A stretch of DNA of 64,000 bases from Styela clava. Taxonomy: Eukaryota. Each line of letters opens with the position of its first letter. Within the stretch, counting starts at the first letter, position 1. The translations under genes were made by a program, and so were the position numbers. The notes beneath the pieces are model-generated. The model saw only the letters and a program-made list of their open reading frames with translations. It was not told where the DNA came from and did not search any database. Shown here piece by piece: positions 54,768 through 64,000 of this stretch. The stretch covers positions 16,244,001 to 16,308,000 of the forward strand of contig NC_135251.1 of the NCBI RefSeq assembly GCF_964204865.1, read 5' to 3'.

Positions 54768-57077
54768 ATGACATCAAGTTCCGAGTCCTCACCTGATGAT
54801 ACACCTCGTCCATCAAAGTTTGAAGACTTTGATTTTTTCGATTCTGACAAAGATGTAGGAGATGAGAAAAAAGTATCTAATACATCAAAATGGAGCGCAA
54901 AAACAGTAAATTCTTCTGAAAGAAATCTGCATGATGAACTTCATGGCAGTGGCATGAAGAATGATCAACTTGGTATGGGTGACCTGCATAAAAGTTATGA
55001 TTTATCTGAATCTGAACATAAAACAAGTAAAACTTATACTTCAAGTACAAAGGTACAGATCAAACAAATTTCTCAAACGACTACCAATTCTAAACGAAAA
55101 CCTAAAGAACAGTTAACCGTCCATGTTCCAGTTCAAGCGTCAATGAATAAGTATAATTCCTCGTCGAGTGACGACGATTCCTCAGGTTCTGTGACAGATG
55201 TTTCTCCCTTGCCATCACCAGATATTACACCGAGACCACGTACAATTCCCCATGATGAAGAAAGTTCACCAAACAAAAGAAACAAAATGAAAAAAGAAAC
55301 TAAAACGAAATTCACAATTAAAGAAAGTGGTATTGAAGATGGGGAACGTCCTCATGCTCGTCGCGCGAATGGAGAAACTTTATCTGTTGAAGATATTTTT
55401 TATTCTAGTGACGGCACCCCTTTAAGCAGTGGTGAAAGAGATACTCAAGCCATAAGAAGAAAACGAGTTCAGCGTAAAAAAAGGAGTCGCTATGAGGAAA
55501 TTCAACAAAGGATGGAGGCGTCATCTCGTCATCATCGGAGGAGATTATTAGATGTCGCAGCAGAAAATTCTATGGATTTAAGTCAATTACTGGAAGTGGT
55601 TTTAGAGATGGAGCAAGAAGAGAAAGCCAGGAGGATGTATCAAAGCCACAAAGCATCTAAAAGTGTTTTACCTCCCCCTTTGAAACCATCTCATAGAAAA
55701 AACATGTCCTTCTCCAATCAACAAGTTCGTGATATCGACTATGAAAATCAAAGATTGCTTCAGCGTTTAGCCCAACTTAACACTCGACAACGGCCATCTA
55801 GTGCTTCTAGTGTGAGATCATCTGCATCTTCTTATAGAAGTAATGCAAGCACAAGTAGAAGCAACAGAAGACCAGCAACAGCAAGGAGGTGGGTATGAGA
55901 AACGATCCATATGATATGGATCTTTCATTGTAATTTAAAGTATTTGTATTAAGCCAACACTGCGGAATATATCTACTTTTTGGGGTTATAAAACTTGGGA
56001 TGGGTGTATCACCTTAACTCATGCCATGTACTCGAAAGAAATTGGATAGTCACCGAATTTGAAAAATTTTGGTATTCCCTGATACCCTAAATTGCAGTAA
56101 CCACCGCTATTGCAGGACCTTGCTTGAAGCAAGGTGTTGGAGCACTCCATGAAGAATAATACCGTCATTATGCATTTCCAATCAGAGATAACCAAAACTG
56201 AATATTTACTATGATGAATACACTGTAAAGTATCATAGTATTTCTGAATAATTTCACTAAAGAACTCATAGAAGTCCATGTAAATTAAACAGTGATTTGA
56301 TTGGTTCACTTTTTTTTTAGTTTTCTAAAATTAAATGAGGGCAATTTTGGTCATAACTTTGAGATTTTGAATTTAATTATATTAGAATATTTCTGCGGTA
56401 TCGATATCAGCATTTCTGAGAGTCCGATATATTACGAGTGTTTTAAATTGATCGAAAATCAATTCAATTGGCGCCCGAATTACGGTGATTTGATATAACA
56501 TTGAAAGGCATCCTCAAATGTCTTTTTTAAAAAATCATTTGCTACTGATGCCTTGAATTATTATGAACTAAATATTGTATATAAAGCCTCGTAATCTGAC
56601 AAATATTATTTTATATATTCATTTGCGGCAGTATAACTCTCTATTGAACGTTCTATTTGAGCAAGTTTGTATCAGCAAACTATCTTACGATTGGATAATT
56701 CAATATCTGTATGATTTTTTTTTTTTTATATAATTTTTTTTGCAATATGTACCTAATACAAATCATGCATTAACAGACCATCCCCGGCACAAGGACCAAG
56801 GGTATATCACTCAGCTACAAACAGGATTCGTGACCAACAAAGGATTGAAAGAGAGAACCTGACAATTCTGAAAAGACTGCAATCAACAAAAGCAACTGGC
56901 ATTCTCAAAAGGGAAAATTTATTACGGGATTATGAGAGACAAACTGGTAGACCGGTTGAACCGGGACGACAGCGCAGAAGACCGAGATCTGGTCAAACAA
57001 GACAAGGGGATTATGAAAATGGGTCTATGCAATTTTCGCAAAGGAAGGCAAAACCAGTTTGGCAAGATTCTTGGTGA
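54768..57077 (+). CDS. CFAP97: Cilia- and flagella-associated protein 97-like (KIAA1430/hemingway family), ~473 aa
   Basis: Exons 54768-55888 and 56777-57077, phase 2. Conserved blocks VTDVSPL, KNMSFSNQQVRDIDYENQRLLQRL and YHSATNRIRDQQRIERENLTILKRL. Confidence 0.85.
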
Positions 57078-58789
57078 ACATTAACTGTTAATCTTGTTGA
57101 ATCGAGCTTTTAAATAGGTATATGTCTAGTAATATGGAAGTTCCCAATTTCTTACAAATCAAATTACTGGTGTTATCATCTCCCGTTTAATGATCATGAT
57201 AGATATTATCATTTTGTATTTTTAACATGCTGTTTTTAAATGGCCTCGTAAACAAACCCTCTCCCAAATGTGAAAAATTTGCTAGAATCAGATTACCTGA
57301 CAAGCATGTGGTGTACAGACAAGAGGATAATAATGTCATTCAAATATATTATGTATAATTTTAAATAAAGAGCATCTTTCACTTAGTTGATAATACCAAT
57401 TCAAAATCATAGGCAGCGATAAGTTTTATCATTTTTTTTGTATAATCAATTGAAAAGTCTTTTTTATTCCAATATTAGAGTAGAATAATAAACTCTGTTT
57501 TCCATTTTTTCACATTTTAATTGCTTTCGCATTGCATTTTTGTTTCTTCCAACTTTTATTTCGGTAACATGCAACACCAAATTAAATGACAAGAAAATGG
57601 AATTTTCTATTCGATGGATTGATATGTGTTTGACAATAGTTAAAAGTGATCTATTTACCTAGCAAAATGTTTTTATACCAATGCACTATGACTATATGAA
57701 TCTGAATATCTACAAAAATGCTACCGGAACAATATGAAAAATTCATGACTACATTTTTTCTATCCTTAATTTTACAAAATTCTATTCAGGCATTCCCCAT
57801 TATACTGAGAGATATTTGGAGCTTTATAATGTTCATAATTTTGGCAGATTCATTGAAATTTTCGAAGCCACCACCAGATAAGGAGTTTACATCCCTGAGA
57901 GCTGTAAATAATTTTCTGCATGCACTGTGTAATGGAGCAAAAGTAATATATTTTATTTGTTATAGTGATCTTCATAAACTAGTTGTTTAAATAAAACAAA
58001 ATCACAGATTGTGAATAGTGGTTATCTCTTCTGCAAAGGAATTAGAATGGTATGATAATTGCTAAGGTTACGACTTCTTCTTCATTTATAAACAGGCTTG
58101 TAGTGCGTTAGAGGTAGCCTCGTCATGACGTTTTTGCTGGTATTTCACTGCAAACTGTTTTCTTAAATGTTTTCTTAAAGAAGTATATGCCAAGTCCACG
58201 GGTCTCGGTATCCTGAATCTCCTTGTTACATATTCACAGGCAACTAAATAGTACAATTGTTGAGATTATATTTATTAGTAGTTCAACATGTATGATAAAA
58301 TAGGCACAATGTATTGTTAAAAAGGTGGCATATTGTTAAAGGAAAACTGCATTCATCACTCTATAAAACCAGACAGTAACTACTGACAAGAAAGAACAAT
58401 AACACAATTTGACGGGAAATTCTATCATTCATTAGTATTCAACACGTTCAGTATCCATATGAAGTCTCAGACGAATTTGAAAGTCAAATTGATATCGTTG
58501 ACCTTGCATATATTGATTTTTTTTAAATTGGTACATTACATGCGGTGCTTCAAAATGGCCACTGCTACCTGTGACAGGTAAATGTTGCTACATATACCAT
58601 TGAATCTGTGTGCAAAATAATTCATAATATTTTGTTTGTGCTAGATATGCCTTTGTTAATTTGGAAAATGAATATAAATATTCAAGCCAAATTGACATAA
58701 TGGGTGTAGGAGTGATGCCACTAAACCCCAGTCAGAATCCAGAAGCATAATATTCAATATAATCTACAAACAAGTTTTATTTATAAACA

Positions 58790-60070
58790 TTAATTCCACC
58801 AGAAACTTACAGAAAAGCTTTTATCTAGCGATCTAACATAATGCCAGTAACCAGGAGGTATATAAAGCATCTGGCCAGGCAGTAAAATACATTCTTCCCT
58901 ATGATTACGATCCATTTCAGTAAAAAGTGGAAAATTTGTATCATCTGGCTTTTCAACATCAACTTTTGATGTGTTGTTTAACATTCCCTCATGGGGGTAG
59001 AGAGCATTCTCATGTGAAGGATGATATAACCGTACATATTTACGTCCCGCAACTTGACATAACAGATTGTGTTTTTTGTCATAATGACATGGTGAAACAG
59101 TGCCACCAGGTCCAAACCAAGCATTTATTTCGGTATCAGTATCAGGGTCCCAATCTGGCATTTTTGAAATACAGCAATAATCTGGAATACATATGTCATT
59201 TCTAAGCAGTGGGATTTGATCAAAAAGTGTATGTTGTGCTAAATACGCTTTTGATGTACAATCATCATTAAATATATATTTTTGAATGAAATTTGAAATA
59301 GTCATTAATTTTTGACCCCAACTTTCATCAGTGTATTTAGCACCAAGTTCTACAGGTACAAGTCGGTGTCCTGCAATATTGTTAAGATACTGAAAATTCC
59401 ATTTAGCCATAGCAGGCCAATGATCAATGCAATCGCTAAGCACCATGGGAAGAGCATGGTTCATAAAATCTTGGAAAGAAATTAAAGATGGATTTGATAA
59501 GACTTTTATTGGATTATGTACTTCTGGATCTAGTTCATAATTTTCAGTGTTTTGGGTCTCAATATATTTCGGTTGGGCAGGTTTAAAAATTTTAATAATT
59601 TTGTGTAATATACCATTCATTACATTATGGCCCATTAGCAAGCCCATGTCAGAGACTCTACAAATTTCTATCAAATCGTCATCTGTTGTGGCATTATAGC
59701 CCAAACACGAAGCTTTGAAGACACAAGCAAATGAATATAGTTTTTGCCACACAAGCGGGACATTTTTCCAATGAAAAGAATTCAACTTTTCCCATGTTAA
59801 GTCTAGTATCATTTCTGCATTGTCAAGACATTTTTCAATATTGTTTTCATATAATAATGTGCAACATTCTTTTAAAATGAATAATGAGACATTGTCAATC
59901 TTATTGCAACATACATGGAGACATTGTACTATTGTATGCTCCATTTCTGAGTCTGTGCTAGGTAATGTTTGCTTAAGTTCAGATTTGCGAGTAGTAAAAT
60001 GTAGTATTGCTTTCGGAGATTCAAGGTTAATACTCTTTTCTGAGGTCAAGAGTTGGTCCACCATCTTCAT
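58790..60070 (-). CDS. KDM8: JmjC protein KDM8/JMJD5, intronless, ~426 aa
   Basis: [89 protein letters not shown]. First in-frame ATG is 60070 (alternatives 60064 and 59944). Confidence 0.95.
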   Translation of the reverse strand: MKMVDQLLTSEKSINLESPKAILHFTTRKSELKQTLPSTDSEMEHTIVQCLHVCCNKIDNVSLFILKECCTLLYENNIEKCLDNAEMILDLTWEKLNSFHWKNVPLVWQKLYSFACVFKASCLGYNATTDDDLIEICRVSDMGLLMGHNVMNGILHKIIKIFKPAQPKYIETQNTENYELDPEVHNPIKVLSNPSLISFQDFMNHALPMVLSDCIDHWPAMAKWNFQYLNNIAGHRLVPVELGAKYTDESWGQKLMTISNFIQKYIFNDDCTSKAYLAQHTLFDQIPLLRNDICIPDYCCISKMPDWDPDTDTEINAWFGPGGTVSPCHYDKKHNLLCQVAGRKYVRLYHPSHENALYPHEGMLNNTSKVDVEKPDDTNFPLFTEMDRNHREECILLPGQMLYIPPGYWHYVRSLDKSFSVSFWWN

Positions 60071-60509
60071 AATTCCCTGTGATCTCAGCGTTACTGAAAT
60101 CGAATCCTGGATTTTCGAGTTCAAATCTTTCGAGAGTCAAATTTTTTTGCATTTGATCTTTCGTTAAAGGGTCTACAGCAAATTCTCCACCCTCAAATAA
60201 TGATGGCCAAAAACAATTTTCTTTCTTGCGACTGCGTTTCACAAGCAATATTCGGATTAATTTTTGATCTTCCACACTCCAAGTTGATTCGTCCACCAAT
60301 ATTCCTTGCGGTAGGGGGCTGTTAAATAATTCCTTCCCCCTCACAACGCAAGATAAATGCTGGGGTTCAATCACCACATTTACTTCTTTCCCCCTTGTCC
60401 CTTTCTCAACATCAACAACAACAACCACGTCCTGCACAGTTTGATACCAATTACCCCAGGGAGTCTTGCAACATGCAACACCGCTTCTTTCGTCGAAATC
60501 GCTATTCAT
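60027..60509 (-). CDS. NUDCD2: NudC domain-containing protein 2, intronless, ~160 aa
   Basis: [22 protein letters not shown]/p23 domain, and the conserved C-terminus [33 protein letters not shown]. Confidence 0.94.
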   Translation of the reverse strand: MNSDFDERSGVACCKTPWGNWYQTVQDVVVVVDVEKGTRGKEVNVVIEPQHLSCVVRGKELFNSPLPQGILVDESTWSVEDQKLIRILLVKRSRKKENCFWPSLFEGGEFAVDPLTKDQMQKNLTLERFELENPGFDFSNAEITGNYEDGGPTLDLRKEY

Positions 60510-62365
60510 TTCAAAATGTAACTCCAAGTAAACGGAAAATTCTACGAGAATAAACCGCTCAACTAGTAGCAATCGCAACCATGTAACAAATGCTTTTCAC
60601 CGAATAGGCTATGATGAACTTATGCTAAAATCATGGTTAATTAACCATGCTAAAATCAATCCTCCACACAAGAGTTCCAGTGGTGGATAAGATTCTATGC
60701 GGAACGTCACCAATCTTCCGTAATTAGTGGGCAAGAATTTCCATTTTTCTAAATGTATTTTACAATCTGAGATTTCATTTTTCTTGTATTAACAATTGTG
60801 TAAATATATTTTTTGGCTACTACACGTTTTCTTGGATTGCATGATGTAACTACGGTATTTATTTCCGCTCAATCAATGACTATTACATGCTACTGAAAAT
60901 TTGCATCGTAATTTCACTGCGACGTGTTAATGTTATCGTCATCTTGAATGTGTTATAAGTTAGATCTAGGCTATATGATATCTCGTTTTCTCTGTTTTAC
61001 TGAAATTGTTTTCGATTTATATTTAGTCTACTGGGTACCGGTAAGCTGGCAAGGGCGACAGGTTCGCCATATGGTTAAGCCGTCTTATCGACTTTCCTCT
61101 TCCCGGGATAAATATGCAAATCTGCTCAGTTCAGCAGTTGGATGGCATTTTAGATTCATATGATAGGCGCTCCATAGTTATGTAATGTACGGTAACTATA
61201 TAATATAAGTAGGCCTACTGTTGTCATGAATCTCATAATTTACTGTGATAAATATTTTTTCAACGTGCAATAGTGAAATAGATGGACAGATTTGACAATT
61301 TTTGATACTCCAAACTCCAAAGTTTACTCTTTGTGCAGTCAATAATTTATTGCTAGAATAGAAATGGTTTCTGGATTATCGTAATTTAGTTCTGTAGTTT
61401 TGTTCCATCTTTGTCAAAAGTTCGTTAATAGGCTAATTCATATCTGCTTTAATTTATATATGTCTATTCCTGTACTGTTGTAGAAATATTTTTGTATAGA
61501 GTTGCAATGCAGTTCTAATTAGTTCTCATTTAAATCCTTGTCCGAATTTATGTTTATATCTCATAAAAGCGCCATGTGTACTCTTCTTTTTCTTCAATCA
61601 AATTAACTTAATAAATAAATTATATTACTGTTGTATCGTTACCTCCCAGTCATACTGTGAACTTTTGTTCCACTTATTTTGTTATTGAAATTTTTTATAT
61701 TATGTGTTTTGTTTGACGAAATAATAAATTCTCTCTTTTTTTATCACTGACTTATACTCCTGTGCTTACTCATCTGTAATTATTTACAGACTTTTTGATC
61801 CACAGACGTTTCGCCCCCTCAGACCATTCCAATCACTAGATGGCATATGGCGATTTGAGTTATGACTTTGACATGGCAGTTTTTTTAAATTATATTAAAT
61901 AAACACTCAAATATTTTAAGATTTAAGTGATTAAGGATATTTATCCACCACATTAGTGCCATATATGGGCAACCTGTGGCTTCTGTACAACCTTAACCCT
62001 GTAACCCCCTACCCATGCCCAAATTTCCTATGAATCCACATGTATTTTTAGGCAACTCCAATGCCAATGTATTATTAACAAAAAGATTAACTCAAACTGT
62101 CTTATTTGGCAGAAAAGTCTGTTGGGTGAAAAGTCTGTTTATCCCCTCACATATAATCACCTCCCATGGGATTTGAACCTGTTCAGGGTAATCAGAGATG
62201 CGATGGCTTACCATGATGCACCGACTGCCGAGCTGATTCTATTTTAATCCTAGTGGATAGGCAGATTTTGCATATGTTAACTATTGCATCGGGAAATCCT
62301 CAAGTCCTACAATTAATTACAACTGATTTCCCAAATTAATATTTGCAGATAATTTGGTTGTAATC
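60510..62365. promoter_or_regulatory. Probable bidirectional promoter region (NUDCD2-KDM8 / GOLGA4)
   Basis: Head-to-head arrangement; includes SINE fragments. Confidence 0.45.
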
Positions 62366-64000
62366 ATGTTTAAAAACTTGAAACAGAAAGTATCTACTGA
62401 TCAAAAAGTTCGAACTCCACAGTCTGCCAATCGGGGTGATGCTTCAAGCACACCCACTGGTCGTACTGGAACATCTAGATTGCCACGACCATCCAATTCA
62501 GCGCCACCCAGGCGATCCAATTCTGAGAGTTTGAATGGTGCCAATGGTGCAGCTACTAAACAAAATAATGAATCCATGGAATCACCAGATATTGTACAAC
62601 AGGTGGGAAATATATCAGGTGATGTTTCTCCCAATCCTTCAAATCATGGAGAAACGGATCAAGCACAAAAAAGTGCTCAGATAGCTACTGAAGCTGAGAA
62701 AAAAGTTCCATTTTTCAAGAGACTAGAATTTTTGACTCCTCTTAAAGATCAAGTTGCAAATAAACTTTCGGAAAGTAAGGAATCAATCAGTTCTCTCGTT
62801 GACGAAGTTCGTGGCAATGTAACAGGTTCTTCCAATGAACGATCTAAACCGGATATTGTTGCACAAACTAACGATCGTCGGCGAAGTGATTCCATTTCAG
62901 ATACAGAAGAAATATCAATGAATCGGAATGCTATTGATGTAAGTGCAATTCCCAAAGAACAACTATTTGCAAAAGTAATGAGACTGGAGAAAACTCTTCT
63001 TAAATATAGAGAAAGATATGCAGAACTTGCTTCTAATTTTCGTGAGGCGAAACAAGAAAGAGAAAAGTTGCAATCAGTTATGCAACAGACCCAAGATAAA
63101 AATCTACGCAGAATTCAGGAACTCAAAGAAGCCGCAGCGTTGGATTTGAAAGCCAAAATGCATCTCGAAGAGGAGTTTCGAGTTTCTCTGGAAGAAAAAG
63201 ATCAAATGATACAAGTGCTTCATACTCAAGTTGCAATTCTTAAAGATGATCCGCAGAAGTCTCCACCACCAGTACAAACTGAAACTGCTCAAGGCCAGGG
63301 AGATGATTCAAAGCTTCAAAAAAGGGTCAAAACCTTAGAAGAACAACTCAAATTTGCTAAAGATACTTGTGAAGGTCTAAGAAGCCAAGGTGATGCTTTA
63401 CAAGAACAACTTAGTGAGCGATTAGAAGAATTAGAAAACCTGAAAGATTCGAACGTTGCGGAAAAGTCGAAACTTATCAAACAATTGCGTGAAGCAAAAA
63501 ACGTTATTGAGAAAATTGAAGAGGACAAAGTCACTGCTGTTGCAGAGGCCAAACGACAAATGCATGAGATTCTTGAAGGTAAAGATATCGAAGTAGAATC
63601 CTTACATCAACAAGTCAAGAAACTGCAAATTGATCTTGATGAATTTAAAATGAAGAAAGAGCAACGGGAAAATTCTTTGTTGGAGGAACTTCAAAAGGCA
63701 GTTACTATTGGTAGAACAGCAGAAGCTCAAAGAGCTGATGCTTTATTGAAAACTGAAACTATACAGAAAGAAATGGAAGGCAGAATTACAAAGATTGAAG
63801 AAGAATTTGATGCGGAAAGAAAAACTTATGTTTCTGAGGTTTCACATGCAAAAGCTGATAATCTTGATATTAATGAGAAACTTGAAAATGTAATGAAAAA
63901 ACACAAAAGTGATTTAGAGGCTCATACAAAAATGCATGAAGTTGCATTGCAAGAACAAGCAAAGAAATATAAACTGGAATTGGATGAAAAAGAGAATCAA
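62366..64000 (+). CDS. GOLGA4: Golgin subfamily A member 4-like coiled-coil protein (5' part; runs off window)
   Basis: Open frame from MFKNLKQKVS (acceptor TTTGCAG ending 62348). Contains KEQLFAKVMRLEKTLLKYRERYAEL...QTQDKNLRRIQELKE...AKMHLEEEFRVSLEEKDQMIQVLHTQV, matching the GOLGA4 N-terminal conserved block. Absent from the ORF track because no stop lies in the window. Confidence 0.85.
   Translation, partial: MFKNLKQKVSTDQKVRTPQSANRGDASSTPTGRTGTSRLPRPSNSAPPRRSNSESLNGANGAATKQNNESMESPDIVQQVGNISGDVSPNPSNHGETDQAQKSAQIATEAEKKVPFFKRLEFLTPLKDQVANKLSESKESISSLVDEVRGNVTGSSNERSKPDIVAQTNDRRRSDSISDTEEISMNRNAIDVSAIPKEQLFAKVMRLEKTLLKYRERYAELASNFREAKQEREKLQSVMQQTQDKNLRRIQELKEAAALDLKAKMHLEEEFRVSLEEKDQMIQVLHTQVAILKDDPQKSPPPVQTETAQGQGDDSKLQKRVKTLEEQLKFAKDTCEGLRSQGDALQEQLSERLEELENLKDSNVAEKSKLIKQLREAKNVIEKIEEDKVTAVAEAKRQMHEILEGKDIEVESLHQQVKKLQIDLDEFKMKKEQRENSLLEELQKAVTIGRTAEAQRADALLKTETIQKEMEGRITKIEEEFDAERKTYVSEVSHAKADNLDINEKLENVMKKHKSDLEAHTKMHEVALQEQAKKYKLELDEKENQ

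Noticed and set aside
56650-56666. Partial match to the Ciona spliced leader (ATTCTATTTGAATAAG)
   Set aside because: Mismatched and without a convincing SL RNA context.
57780-58610. Acceptor-like AGs with short open frames downstream of KDM8 (possible third cistron)
   Set aside because: Could not build a phase-consistent gene or recognise a domain.

Overview
AT-rich, gene-dense animal genomic DNA with spliceosomal introns. The compactness, intron-poor genes and operon-like packing suggest an ascidian/tunicate (inference). Fourteen protein genes were reconstructed by hand: MRPS33 and RNF146 (+); MEAF6, a TOM6-like microprotein and a DUF1294-like membrane protein (-; neither of the last two appears whole in the ORF track); NHLRC2 (-, 11 exons); ALKBH4, GCSH and SUCLG2 (+); an MGLL-like lipase (+, one GC-AG intron); CFAP97-like (+); NUDCD2 and KDM8/JMJD5 (-); and the 5' part of GOLGA4 (+). 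Introns and intergenic DNA carry a tRNA-derived SINE, many hAT and Tc1/mariner-type MITEs, and a nested Academ-like element. The most notable signal is three same-strand gene pairs too tight to be independent units: NUDCD2/KDM8 coding regions overlap by 44 nt, TOM6-like and DUF1294-like are 24 nt apart, and MRPS33 and RNF146 are 78 nt apart with no AG or polyA signal between them. This points to polycistronic expression resolved by splicing inside upstream coding exons or by translational coupling. A strong excess of TACCGGTA palindromes looks like transposon excision footprints.
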